DNA from: a bacterium
GTDB lineage: Bacteria; Patescibacteriota; Patescibacteriia; UBA2196
Assembly (NCBI GenBank): GCA_035388785.1
Contig: DAOOQN010000003.1
Span: forward strand, 16,497 to 80,496
Direction: 5' to 3'
Length of the DNA: 64,000 bases
In this document: positions 18,075 through 28,142 of the stretch, one piece after another
Layout: every line of letters begins with the position of its first letter
Numbering within the stretch: the first letter of the stretch is position 1
Program-made: the position numbers and the translations under genes
Notes under the pieces: generated by a model
Told to the model about the DNA's origin: nothing
What the model saw: only the letters and a program-made list of their open reading frames with translations
Database searches by the model: none

Positions 18075-18731
18075 TTAGAATTTACGTAATGTGGCCGCCA
18101 CTCCGACCAAGGGATGACTTCTGTTGGGCGTGGCGCTTATAATTATACCGCTATTGGAATCCACGCCCACGATGATGTGGTGCACATCACTGCACGGAAC
18201 CGTGGTTGTTATATTACTGCATCTAGCAAATAAACCGCGACTCATGAAAGACCTCGTTTTCTCATGAGCTAAAAAAATCTGCATATATCTTGCAACAGTG
18301 GATGAGACCTCATATCCTCTGTCTATGAGCAACTGCTCTTGCTCATTAAAAGTCTGGTTTAAAAAAACTGGGCTATTATGAACCAGGTGCCACCCAAACA
18401 TTAGAGTTTCCCCAACGCACGCTTCTTTCTCGTGCCAGCGAGGGGAAAAATGCAACTGATTTGGCTCAGTACGTTGTAATGTCGAAAGATGGAGGATATC
18501 AAGAGGCACACCATCCAGTGTCTCCAACCCCAAAAAGGCAGAATGACAACTCCACAAACCCTTATTTCCACACAGACGACAAGTGGACCGTAAAATATCC
18601 ACACCCCAAGGAAGCTGAGATATTTGGTCAAGCTGTTCCAGAGAGAAAGTGACCCTAAAAATAGTTCGCCAATCCTCCGGACCAAAAAAAAGAAATGATT
18701 TCCAACACATAGGCGTCCTCCTTGTATACAA
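18075..18731 (-). CDS. hypothetical Cys/His/Trp-rich protein, 218 aa, GC-atypical (~45%); weak papain-fold-like motif order (CGNKGLWSCHSAF ... VHHIIVGVD)
   Basis: Only long ORF in an otherwise gene-free 0.8 kb. Flanked by intergenic DNA with its own terminator hairpin. Composition differs from neighbouring genes. The peptidase assignment is tentative. Confidence 0.4.
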   Translation of the reverse strand: MYTRRTPMCWKSFLFFGPEDWRTIFRVTFSLEQLDQISQLPWGVDILRSTCRLCGNKGLWSCHSAFLGLETLDGVPLDILHLSTLQRTEPNQLHFSPRWHEKEACVGETLMFGWHLVHNSPVFLNQTFNEQEQLLIDRGYEVSSTVARYMQIFLAHEKTRSFMSRGLFARCSNITTTVPCSDVHHIIVGVDSNSGIIISATPNRSHPLVGVAATLRKF

Positions 18732-18860
18732 TAAATTTTACCCCTTTACTAGGGTAGTACTTAGTTCTATTTGTAGGACAAATGTTAAATACCTTTTAAC
18801 TATTTCTATCCCCAATAGTTTATTTACTGTAGCAGAATATGCATAAAAACAAAAGCTAAC

Positions 18861-20390
18861 CTATTCAATTTTTGTACGGTATTGCAAAGCCTCAGCCACG
18901 TGATTGATTTGAATATTTTCTACGCCGGCCAAATCGGCAATGGTGCGTGCGGTTTTTAAAACCCGATGATAACCGCGGGCGGAAAGATTGAGTTGTTGCA
19001 CAGCGTTTTTTAGTAATTCTTTAGTTGCTTCATTGACAACACAAAAACTTTTTATCTCTCTGGGACCCATTTCAGCATTAGTACAAATTGCCAAATCAAA
19101 AAAACGATTGGACTGAATTTTGCGCGCCGCTTGCACACGCTGCCGAATAGCAGCCGAACTTTCAGTCGGAAGGTTGGAAGTTAATTTTTCAAAATTTACC
19201 CGCGGCACTTCAATATGTAAATCAATACGATCGAGTAGTGGACCAGAAATTCTTTTTTGATATTTTAAAATCTGCCCGACACTACAGGTACATTTTTTAT
19301 CCGGATCAGAATAATAACCACACGGACAAGGGTTTTGCGAGGCCACCAAAGTAAAGCGGGCAGGAAATGTCACCGTGCCCTGCGCGCGCGAAACCGTGAC
19401 TACCCCATCTTCTAAAGGCTGACGTAAATTTTCCAAAACCTGGCGAGTAAATTCTGGGAATTCATCCAAAAAAAGCACGCCTCTGTGAGCTAAACTGATT
19501 TCACCTGGCCGCGGAAAAGTTCCCCCACCCACCAAGGCTACACCGGAAGAGGTGTGGTGTGGACTACGAAAAGGCCGCTCCAATATTAAAGGTTTTTCTT
19601 TTGTTAATTTACCAGCGACTGAATAAATTTTGGTGACTTCCAAAATTTCATCGTGTGTCAAGGGTGGTAAAATGGAAGCCATAGCGCGGGCTAATAAAGT
19701 TTTACCTGAACCCGGTGGTCCAGATAATAAAACGTTATGGCCAGCTGCGGCTGCAATTTCTAAAGCCCTCTTGGCCTGTTCCTGACCTTTAACAAAAGAC
19801 ATATCCACCCCACCAGCAACCTTATTTTGAATTTCTAATGCTATGGGTTTGGCTTGGTAAGGAGTGATGTTTTTTTCTCCCCTCAAATGTAAAATTAATT
19901 CGGCTAAAGATTTGACCGGCATAATTTCTACCTCAGCCACAAAAGAAGCTTCCTCAACATTGGCCTCCGGTACAAAAATTCTTTGAATACCTTTTTCTTT
20001 GGCTAGAATGGCAATCGGCAATACACCACTAACCCCGCGCAAATGTCCATCCAAAGAAAGCTCACCTAAAAAAATAGCATTTTTATCTTCAGATAAAATT
20101 CGTACCCCACCGGCTGCAACTAATAAACTTAAAGCAATTGGTAAATCATATGAAGGACCCTCCTTGCGCACATCAGCTGGCGCTAGATTGACTACAATTT
20201 TGGCCCGCGCAAAATCCAAACCAGAATTTTTTATGGCGGACCAGACACGTTCTTTTGATTCTTGCACAGCCACATCTGGCAAGCCAACGATAATAAACAA
20301 ACCACCCTGACCACCACCAATATCAGCTTCTACCTCAATTAATTGCGAATCCAACCCAATGGTAGTGGCAGAAAAAATTTTTGCCGACAT
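18861..20390 (-). CDS. comM: YifB/ComM-family Mg-chelatase-like AAA+ ATPase
   Basis: N-terminal Lon-like domain, Walker A LLSGPPGSGKTLLA, C-terminal ChlI-like domain. 509 aa. Confidence 0.85.
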   Translation of the reverse strand: MSAKIFSATTIGLDSQLIEVEADIGGGQGGLFIIVGLPDVAVQESKERVWSAIKNSGLDFARAKIVVNLAPADVRKEGPSYDLPIALSLLVAAGGVRILSEDKNAIFLGELSLDGHLRGVSGVLPIAILAKEKGIQRIFVPEANVEEASFVAEVEIMPVKSLAELILHLRGEKNITPYQAKPIALEIQNKVAGGVDMSFVKGQEQAKRALEIAAAAGHNVLLSGPPGSGKTLLARAMASILPPLTHDEILEVTKIYSVAGKLTKEKPLILERPFRSPHHTSSGVALVGGGTFPRPGEISLAHRGVLFLDEFPEFTRQVLENLRQPLEDGVVTVSRAQGTVTFPARFTLVASQNPCPCGYYSDPDKKCTCSVGQILKYQKRISGPLLDRIDLHIEVPRVNFEKLTSNLPTESSAAIRQRVQAARKIQSNRFFDLAICTNAEMGPREIKSFCVVNEATKELLKNAVQQLNLSARGYHRVLKTARTIADLAGVENIQINHVAEALQYRTKIE

Positions 20391-20405
20391 ATATTCTTTA
20401 AATAT

Positions 20406-20852
20406 TTATTTTTTGTGATACCAAACCCCAATAATTATCAATGAAAAACCCAGCCAAATCAAGATATCAGCCAGGTTGTTATAAAAAAAATAAAAATTAA
20501 GGTAGTCAATTACATAACCAAACTTTAAACGATCAAAAATGTTGGACAAAGCACCCATTAATAACCAAAGCCAACCAGCAGTCGCTAAAAGAAATTTTTG
20601 TCTATAACTATATGCACCATAATAAATTACACCAATAACCAACACCCCAACCAAAGCATAAAAAAACAAATTCTGTGTTGAAAAAAAATCAAATGATAAG
20701 GCTAATTGATAATTTTTTTGCCAAAATATTTTTTCACTCAACGCTAAAGCCTTAAAAATTCTGTCACTAATTAAAAGAATCAGCCCCAAAAAGCTGATTC
20801 CTAAAAAAAACTCATGCTGAATAAAAAAAACTTTTTGGCCACGATCTGACAT
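20406..20852 (-). CDS. lspA: lipoprotein signal peptidase II
   Basis: Four TM segments. LspA motifs GALSNIFDRL and YVIDYLNF. Confidence 0.75.
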   Translation of the reverse strand: MSDRGQKVFFIQHEFFLGISFLGLILLISDRIFKALALSEKIFWQKNYQLALSFDFFSTQNLFFYALVGVLVIGVIYYGAYSYRQKFLLATAGWLWLLMGALSNIFDRLKFGYVIDYLNFYFFYNNLADILIWLGFSLIIIGVWYHKK

Positions 20853-20887
20853 ACAGACAAGTATTACTTTTTAATGTTTTTGAAAAT

Positions 20888-21265
20888 CTAAACTTCACCC
20901 TTAAATTTTTTCTTACATTCCACACAGGCCGAAGACGTGGGACGAATTTTTAGACGATCCTCATCAATTTTTTTACCGCAATATTTACAGACACCATATA
21001 TACCAGCGGCCATTCTTTTAAGCGCATCTTCAATGTCCTGCAATTCTTTTTCTAAAGTACCCTCAACCGCCTTGCGATCAATATACTCTGATACTTCACG
21101 CGCGTTATCATCCTCACAATCACCATAATCAGGCATAGTAGATATGTAATCGTTTTTGGCTTGCGGATTATTAAAAGTAAAATCAGCCAAAGAATTTTTT
21201 AATTCTTGGGCTTTTTTCTCTAACATTAGCTTAAATTCATTATATTGCTGTTTACCAGAAACCAT
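20888..21265 (-). CDS. DksA/TraR-family C4 zinc-finger protein
   Basis: C-terminal CKYCGKKI...ACVECK four-Cys finger after a coiled-coil region. Confidence 0.6.
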   Translation of the reverse strand: MVSGKQQYNEFKLMLEKKAQELKNSLADFTFNNPQAKNDYISTMPDYGDCEDDNAREVSEYIDRKAVEGTLEKELQDIEDALKRMAAGIYGVCKYCGKKIDEDRLKIRPTSSACVECKKKFKGEV

Positions 21266-21654
21266 AACTTTAGACTAATTTATAGCTTTTAATGTTTTCT
21301 ATTTTATAATTATAGCTTAAATAGCAAAGAAATCAACAGATAAGTAAAAAGGCACCAATGATGAACCAATTATTAAAATAACTTTTAGTCCATAGAGGTG
21401 CCTGCTTCCATTAGACCAGCAGGTGCAGGCACTCCTCTTAAGCCTACCAAATAAGCTTGAAAGGTGTGCCTGTTTCCTGCATTTTGTATCTTATGGAATT
21501 TTTGAAATACTTTTTGTTTCGACTGCCAAAAAGTTGTTTAATGCCATTCTTTAGTGTTGTCTCTATTATAAAATAATAAGGATACACTTTTTTATTTTTG
21601 TTTTTTAAAATTTTTTCCAGGTCGAAACTGGTTTTTAAGAATAGCAATAAATTT

Positions 21655-21700
21655 ACTTCCTAAATAAGGAAGTATGCGCATACTTCTTTTGTTTTTGTTT
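21655..21700 (+). terminator. terminator-like hairpin GAAGTATGC/GCATACTTC followed by TTTTGTTTTTG, preceded by a second hairpin ACTTCCT-AAATA-AGGAAGT
   Basis: Read directly. Lies within the 720-bp intergenic region between dksA-like and trmD. Confidence 0.4.
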
Positions 21701-21984
21701 TATGAAAGAACAAGACGACGAGCAAAGAACTATGATTAACAACTTTATTATAGCACTTTTTTTAGCTATCGTCAAAGCCAAAAACGTTATAAATTGTCTA
21801 TTTTAATTATTTTTTTTGTTCTAATTTTTAATATTTTTTAAAGGCTAATTCTGGCTATTAAAAAATTAGCTAAATTCCAAATTAAATTTTATTTTTTTAT
21901 TCAGCCTTATTAGTTATCCACTACCACACCAGACATCTTTATTTTATTATTTTAAAATATTAAAAAATACAGCTAGTTATCCAC

Positions 21985-22644
21985 TTATATTTTTCTTCTG
22001 TGTCTTTGGCGCCAAGCCACAATTTTTTGATGATCTCCAGACAACAAAACCCGGGGCACTGTGTGTTCTTTACCATCCGCGAGCAAACTTTCTGGTCTTG
22101 TGTACTGAGGATACTCATACAAATTCTGTTCAAATGTTTCTTCTTTTAGTGAAGCTGGGTTGCTCATGTAACCCGGCACCAACCTAACTACTGCTTCCAT
22201 AACTACCATCGCTGCCACCTCACCGCCTGATAGAACATATGGTCCAATGGAAATTTTTTCATCTATAATTTTTTCTACCCGTGCATCAACACCCTCATAA
22301 CGGCCACAGATTAGAATAATTTGATCAACTTCAAGCCATTTCTTAGCCATAGGTTGGCTGAACTGATGTCCAGCGGGTGCCAATAGAATGACTTTGGTTT
22401 TATTTTTTTTACTTCTACTCTTTAGTGCTTTAATGGCTTTAAACAGTGGCTCTGGCTTTAATATCATACCAGCCCCACCACCAAATGGCCGGTCATCAAC
22501 TTTTTTGTGTTTATCAGATGCCCAATCTCTCAAATTATGGATTTTAAAATGACTGATTTTTTTATCAGTCGCTTTCTTAATTAAACTGGCGTTTAAAAAA
22601 GAATCAAAGAGTTGGGGAAAAATTGTAATAATATCAAAACGCAT
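21985..22644 (-). CDS. trmD: tRNA (guanine37-N1)-methyltransferase
   Basis: MRFDIITIFP...GGGAGMILKPEP is the TrmD signature. 219 aa. Confidence 0.9.
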   Translation of the reverse strand: MRFDIITIFPQLFDSFLNASLIKKATDKKISHFKIHNLRDWASDKHKKVDDRPFGGGAGMILKPEPLFKAIKALKSRSKKNKTKVILLAPAGHQFSQPMAKKWLEVDQIILICGRYEGVDARVEKIIDEKISIGPYVLSGGEVAAMVVMEAVVRLVPGYMSNPASLKEETFEQNLYEYPQYTRPESLLADGKEHTVPRVLLSGDHQKIVAWRQRHRRKI

Positions 22645-22675
22645 AAATTATATATGGACTAAAAAACAAAAAAAG

Positions 22676-24988
22676 TCAATCCTGCTCCAAGTCTGGCAAA
22701 CGGGCTGTCTTTTTCCGCGCCCTTAAAAACAACAGTATACCGATTAATAAAATAGTGACCAATGTGGCAATAACATAGTCTTTCCAAGCAGTATTCTTTG
22801 GTGTTGTAACGGCACTGGCTCTCAAAACACGTTCAATTTTTAGATCCAACATGGATCGTGGCAAGAGGCGCAACTCTGCATTACTGGGCGATAAAATACC
22901 CACAACGGTTACTTGGTCGCCGATTTTTAAATTTAATTCATCAAATTTAATGTCGGTAGTATTTTTAATATAAACGCGCACCTCACCCATGTTATCATCT
23001 AACCAAAAATTGCCACCCTGTATGGCTGTGACTTCACCTTTAATTTCAACCAAAGAACCAACCCATTCTTCTATCTCGCTTAAATCAATAACATGTGGTT
23101 GGGTAATTTCTTGTTCACCTAAAATTTTAATATCACTCCTGCTGCTAATTTTAATTCTTTTTTCACCATAAGCCTGACTTATTTCACCCTTGACCTCTAT
23201 TTGATCGCCCACACTGAGTGCAGGAAAATCTTTACTGTACATATAAATTTGTATACCAGAACCAGCCACATAAAAAATGTTGGCACCCAAAACCCCGGGT
23301 TCAACCGCCACTACGCCCTGAGTACTAACTTTTTCACCCACAGCAAGTTCTTTGGCATCTTCTAGACTAACCGTTTTATATAAAACGTACTTTTGAGTAG
23401 CTGCTTTTTTGGGTGTGACTGTTTTTTTGTCTTCAGCGACCGGACTATTAACTGCGGCTTTTGCAATAACTTCTTGGCTGTACTGATCTTGGCCGGCTAA
23501 ATTATCAACTACGGCTAAGGTAATTTTATTTTTACCAGCTTGTAAAAATTTTATTTTGATAGTCGGTACGCTCAAAACAAAATTTTTTCCAACATCATTA
23601 CCAGCCATGACTTCTTGGCTAAAACTCCAAATGTATTTTTTTATTTGACCATCTTTATCATAGCTTTCACCAGCGTCAAATACTACTTCTTTGTTCACCA
23701 AAAAGTCTTCACTGGACGCTTCAAAATAAGCCAGTGGGTTAATATTTTCTGGCGGGCACTGGTTGCTTTCGCTGGGTGTAATGGTGTTTAACCAAACAAA
23801 TTGTCCGCGACAAAGATTGTAACTTTTACCTTCTTCTGTTTTCTTATAGCTAACCACCGCCACTTCTTTTTGATTATAATCAAAAAGTTTAACAGCTTCC
23901 CCACCATAATTGTTTAAGCTGATTTTATTACTCTCCAAAATTACCATTAAAAAACTACGGCCTTTGATTTTTGTATTTTTAAAAATTAGCTGTCCTAAAT
24001 TATCTTTTAAAATCCAGTTGTCCAATACAATTTCAGCAGTGGTGGTATTGTAGATTTCCAACCACTCACAGCTGTCGTCCAAACCAAAAGGATCCGGCAT
24101 AATTTCAGTTATAAAAATTTTATTTTTATACTCTGAATCATTACTTTCTTTCTGCGTTTGATTGTTTTGTTGATTATTATTGTTTTGGTTAATACTTGAG
24201 TTAGATTGACTTCCGCCACCACCACCAGTGGTTGGAGTTGGAGTTGGAACTGTAATTAAATTACTCGCATCTTTGGTTGGCGTGGTCGTCCACATATATT
24301 CACCAACTGTATTTCTAGCCCAAGCATAATCGTCTTTGGCGTCATCGCTATAATTAATTTGTTGTAGCAAATCACCATCAGGCTGAAAAAGTTTAACCAG
24401 ATCACCACCTGTGTTATTAAGAGAGATGTTGGTCATGTTTTTATCAAGAATAAAATAGCCACCCGCATTAATAATGGTGGTGGACGCCGTGCTAGTGGTG
24501 ATTGTAAAAATTTTATTACTAGCATCAGTAATCTGCCAGCCCACCAAATCAACATCCTCGGCACTGGGATTGAATAACTCAATCCACTCAAAATCATCAC
24601 TATCTAAAGGGTTGGGTAAAATTTCGTTAATAATCACAGCATCCGAATAAGTAAGGGGGGTTGTAGTGGCCGCATCATCATCATTATTATTATTTCCGAC
24701 ACTGACAGTTATAAAATCTTTTAGGTCATCAAAGGTTACCTGGCCGATACCAGGCACACTCATTAAGTCCTCAATTTTTTGAAAAACACCGTTTTGAACC
24801 CGATAAGTAATTATATCCTCGGCTTTAACTAAACCTATACCTGGCAAAGAATCCAACTCTTCTAGAGTAGCTGTATTAAGGTTAATTTTCTCGGCTGCAT
24901 TAACATAATTTAAAAAACAAAAAATCGCAAAAATTGCGACTAAAAAAACAATAAAAAAACAGACATGACCCGAAATTTTTTTGAGCAT
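22676..24988 (-). CDS. ComEA-like helix-hairpin-helix protein fused to two lamin-tail domains, an Ig/PKD-like segment and an OB-fold; signal/TM at the N-terminus and TM plus basic tail at the C-terminus; 770 aa
   Basis: NLNTATLEELDSLPGIGLVKAEDII...VPGIGQVTFDDL is a ComEA-type tandem HhH. INEILPNP...FEWIELFNP and ITEIMPDP...EWLEIYNT are lamin-tail signatures. Thr/Pro/Gly/Asn-rich linkers. Confidence 0.7.
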   Translation of the reverse strand: MLKKISGHVCFFIVFLVAIFAIFCFLNYVNAAEKINLNTATLEELDSLPGIGLVKAEDIITYRVQNGVFQKIEDLMSVPGIGQVTFDDLKDFITVSVGNNNNDDDAATTTPLTYSDAVIINEILPNPLDSDDFEWIELFNPSAEDVDLVGWQITDASNKIFTITTSTASTTIINAGGYFILDKNMTNISLNNTGGDLVKLFQPDGDLLQQINYSDDAKDDYAWARNTVGEYMWTTTPTKDASNLITVPTPTPTTGGGGGSQSNSSINQNNNNQQNNQTQKESNDSEYKNKIFITEIMPDPFGLDDSCEWLEIYNTTTAEIVLDNWILKDNLGQLIFKNTKIKGRSFLMVILESNKISLNNYGGEAVKLFDYNQKEVAVVSYKKTEEGKSYNLCRGQFVWLNTITPSESNQCPPENINPLAYFEASSEDFLVNKEVVFDAGESYDKDGQIKKYIWSFSQEVMAGNDVGKNFVLSVPTIKIKFLQAGKNKITLAVVDNLAGQDQYSQEVIAKAAVNSPVAEDKKTVTPKKAATQKYVLYKTVSLEDAKELAVGEKVSTQGVVAVEPGVLGANIFYVAGSGIQIYMYSKDFPALSVGDQIEVKGEISQAYGEKRIKISSRSDIKILGEQEITQPHVIDLSEIEEWVGSLVEIKGEVTAIQGGNFWLDDNMGEVRVYIKNTTDIKFDELNLKIGDQVTVVGILSPSNAELRLLPRSMLDLKIERVLRASAVTTPKNTAWKDYVIATLVTILLIGILLFLRARKKTARLPDLEQD

Positions 24989-24997
24989 AGGAAAAAA

Positions 24998-25414
24998 TTA
25001 CGGCAAATACTTCTTAAGTTCTTTTTTTAAAGCAATCTCTTGCTGCAGCTTGGGTACTTTTATTAAAATGTAACGTAAGACAAAAAATAACCAAACTAAA
25101 AAAACGAGCAGCCAAATTAAAAACCAAAAAGGCGCACCCAAAAACAGAACCCGCTGTTGGCGAAAAAACATCAATATTAAACCAATCACGGCCAGAGTGG
25201 AAAAAAGATAATACAATTTTTCGTAAGTTTTCTTTACCGGTACGTTTTGATTATTTTTTCGCGCCAATACACGTAATACTATACCAGTCAACAAAAGCAT
25301 ACCAAAAAATACGTATAAAATTTTCAATACCACACCCAAAAATGGCTCGGGATGTAGATTGAACCAATAACTAAAGGTTAATAAATTACTTAAATTTTGC
25401 CAAAGTATATACAT
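24998..25414 (-). CDS. hypothetical integral membrane protein (4 predicted TM segments)
   Basis: Hydrophobic segments. 138 aa. Confidence 0.45.
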   Translation of the reverse strand: MYILWQNLSNLLTFSYWFNLHPEPFLGVVLKILYVFFGMLLLTGIVLRVLARKNNQNVPVKKTYEKLYYLFSTLAVIGLILMFFRQQRVLFLGAPFWFLIWLLVFLVWLFFVLRYILIKVPKLQQEIALKKELKKYLP

Positions 25415-25458
25415 AGCTAATACATTTTATTATCAAGCGCACTTATTTGTCAATGAAG

Positions 25459-26019
25459 CTATTTTTTAAAAATAACACCATAGTGGTATTGACCAGCTTC
25501 AAATTTTTTATCCAACCTAATTCCCACCAAATCAGCCAAACCAACTAATTCCTGTAAAGTCATACGATTTTCCGGTCGTGGGCCAATTGGAAAACGTCCT
25601 TCTCTCCAATCAATCACCAAAATTTTTCCGCCCGGCTTAATCATACGCACGACTTCTTTCAACAAGCCAGCTCGATTTTTGTTTTGAAACATGACGTTGA
25701 TTAATAAACCGTAATCAAGACTGTTGTTATTAATTTTACAAGCACCAAATTTTTCCAAATTTGACCACAGGGTGTCTATATTTTTTAAGTTTAACTCCTT
25801 AGAGCGTCTTTTGATGTTGTCCAGAACACTTTTTAAAACATCCACAGCGTAAACAAAACCACCTTCACCGACCTGGCGAGCTGTCTCAAAAGTAAAATAA
25901 GCCGCACCACCACAACCAAAATCACCCACCCAAGACCCTGGAACAAGTTGTAATTCATCCTTTAAAATTTTTTCCGGATCTAGCAGGCCAGTGCCGCCAG
26001 AAATTTTTTGTGAGTTCAT
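25459..26019 (-). CDS. class I SAM-dependent methyltransferase
   Basis: Motif I VGDFGCGGAAY. 186 aa. Confidence 0.6.
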   Translation of the reverse strand: MNSQKISGGTGLLDPEKILKDELQLVPGSWVGDFGCGGAAYFTFETARQVGEGGFVYAVDVLKSVLDNIKRRSKELNLKNIDTLWSNLEKFGACKINNNSLDYGLLINVMFQNKNRAGLLKEVVRMIKPGGKILVIDWREGRFPIGPRPENRMTLQELVGLADLVGIRLDKKFEAGQYHYGVIFKK

Positions 26020-26030
26020 ATAATAAAAAA

Positions 26031-26642
26031 TTAAAATTCTTGCATTATTATTTCTTCCATAGGCCGAAAACTTAAACGATGAATTTCTGACAAACCGTGC
26101 TCTTGCAGGGCTTGGCGATGTTCTGCTGTACCATAACCCTTATGCTGCTGCAGATTATAATGCGGATAAAGATGGTGAAGTTGATTTAGAATTTGATCGC
26201 GTACAACCTTGGCTACAATGGAAGCGGCGGCGATCGACATTATCTTACTATCACCACTAATGATAAATTCATGCGGTGTTGAAGGTTCAAAATTTTTTAT
26301 CCCATCAACCAAAATATATTGCGGTGCGGGATTAATTTTTTCCAAAGCTTGTATAAAAGCCATTTTATTAGCTTGTAAAATCCCCACCTCATCAATGGTT
26401 TTTTGCGATACAATACCCAAGCCCCAACTCAAAGCTATTTTAACAATATCTAAAAAAACACGCTCTCTTTTTTGTGGGGTAAGTTTTTTAGAATCATCTA
26501 CACCAGCAATTTTTGCGCCATGCGGTAAAACCACAGCCGCTGCCACCAAAGGTCCGGCCCACGAACCACGTCCTGCTTCATCCAAGCCAACAACGTGATC
26601 ATAGCCAGAGCGCCATAAATTATTTTCAAATTTTAAATTCAT
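26031..26642 (-). CDS. rnhB: ribonuclease HII
   Basis: VGLDEAGRGSWAGPLVAAAVVL and DDSKKLTPQKRE motifs. 203 aa. Confidence 0.9.
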   Translation of the reverse strand: MNLKFENNLWRSGYDHVVGLDEAGRGSWAGPLVAAAVVLPHGAKIAGVDDSKKLTPQKRERVFLDIVKIALSWGLGIVSQKTIDEVGILQANKMAFIQALEKINPAPQYILVDGIKNFEPSTPHEFIISGDSKIMSIAAASIVAKVVRDQILNQLHHLYPHYNLQQHKGYGTAEHRQALQEHGLSEIHRLSFRPMEEIIMQEF

Positions 26643-26733
26643 TTTATTATAACTAACTTATTTTTAATTATACTACTTTACACAAAAATTAAAAAGCCAA
26701 AACGTGTTTCAATTTTGGCTAGTCTCTTTTGTT

Positions 26734-27639
26734 TTATTTTTGGTTAAGAATAAATTTGTACGCTTCTAAAGCTGCTATGGCACCCATACCCTCTGCAACC
26801 ACAATTTGTTTGTAGTGATTTTTTGTCACATCACCGGCAGCAAAAATTCCCGGACAACTTGTGTGCCCCAATTCATCAACTTTAATCTGCCCCAAACTAT
26901 CTAAATTCAAAACTTCTTTCAACCACTCTGTTTGTGCCTGATAGCCAATTTCCACAAACACACCCTGGGTATTTTTTTCTAAAACTGCCCCGTTTTTATC
27001 AATTGTAATACTAGAAAGCATACCATCACCGTTTAAAGCTGTAACTTTTGTTTGTAACAATATTTCAACGTTACTCATTTTTTTTATTATATCTAACAAC
27101 ACAGCGTCTGCACGCAACTGATCAGTAATTTCCAACCAATAAATCTGTGGACAAATTTTGGCCAAAAATTCTACTGCTTCGGCGCCAGAATTGCCGCCAC
27201 CAACCACAGCAACTGTTTTATCTTTAAATAAAGGTCCGTCACAATTAATGCAGTATGAAAGTCCGCGGCCATCGTACTTTTCTTCATTTAGCACGCCCAA
27301 TTTTTTTTTGACCAAACCAGTAGCAATAATAATTGTTTTTGCTAAATAATGTTTTTCCGCACTGGTAACTTCAAAACCACCTGTGATTATTTTCTCTATC
27401 TTTTCTACCACGCCTGTCACAATTTCCACACCCAAACTTTCCACTTGGGCCTTCATGGCAAAAACTAGTTCTACTCCATCCACACTTTTTAAGCCTGGAT
27501 AATTTTCAATCAAAAAAGTTTTAGCCGCCTGCCCACCCATTTCTTTACTAACAACCAAAACCTTCATAGCCCGTCTGGCACAGTAAATAGCCGCGGTCAT
27601 GCCCGCTGGACCAGCACCAATAATAATTACATCATACAT
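26734..27639 (-). CDS. trxB: thioredoxin-disulfide reductase
   Basis: FAD site IIGAGPAGMTAA, redox-active CINCDG, NADPH site GGGNSGAEAV. 301 aa. Confidence 0.9.
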   Translation of the reverse strand: MYDVIIIGAGPAGMTAAIYCARRAMKVLVVSKEMGGQAAKTFLIENYPGLKSVDGVELVFAMKAQVESLGVEIVTGVVEKIEKIITGGFEVTSAEKHYLAKTIIIATGLVKKKLGVLNEEKYDGRGLSYCINCDGPLFKDKTVAVVGGGNSGAEAVEFLAKICPQIYWLEITDQLRADAVLLDIIKKMSNVEILLQTKVTALNGDGMLSSITIDKNGAVLEKNTQGVFVEIGYQAQTEWLKEVLNLDSLGQIKVDELGHTSCPGIFAAGDVTKNHYKQIVVAEGMGAIAALEAYKFILNQK

Positions 27640-27693
27640 AGAGTTTAATTTTATTATTTTTATATTTTTTATACTATCATTTTTGTTCGATCC

Positions 27694-27924
27694 CTACAAT
27701 TTGAAATTTTCTTCATCCACGGTTTCAAATCGGCCTCTGGTCTCTTGGACCTTCTTTTCAATTATAGTAAAAATTTTGCTTACATCATCTTCGTTATAAT
27801 CATAAAGATTCTGGTTGGCACAGTTACTAAGTACTTTTAGAGCCTTAAGTACATTAATAGTACGAGATTCAGCAGATTTTTTAAATCTTTCTTTTTTTGT
27901 TTTTTCATTTTCGAACAAATCCAT
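27694..27924 (-). CDS. hypothetical small protein (~76 aa, start taken at the internal Met)
   Basis: ORF 27694..27981. The N-terminal 19 codons are low-complexity. Adjacent to the DnaA-box/palindrome region. Confidence 0.35.
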   Translation of the reverse strand: MDLFENEKTKKERFKKSAESRTINVLKALKVLSNCANQNLYDYNEDDVSKIFTIIEKKVQETRGRFETVDEENFKL

Positions 27925-28142
27925 ATTTTTTGTATATATTGTATATAGTCTATGTATATGTATATACATTAAGTATAGCATATATATTTAGAATGTGTAA
28001 ACTTAAATATCTTGTTTTAGTTATTTTTAAAAATTACAACCCAGACTTCTTAGTAAAATCAAAGGCGTCTAAAATAGATTCTGTAGAAAATTTTTGATTA
28101 TAAAATCAACTTAGGCATGCTTTTATCACCCAAAAGCATGTT

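Noticed and set aside
21444-21647. 67-aa ORF in the dksA-trmD intergenic region
   Set aside because: Lys/Asn-rich low-complexity translation of AT-rich DNA with no start context.
19999-27349. Internal antisense ORFs within comM (19999..20310), rnhB (26209..26598), trxB (27158..27349) and the ComEA-like gene (22989..23171)
   Set aside because: They overlap genes with unambiguous conserved motifs on the opposite strand.
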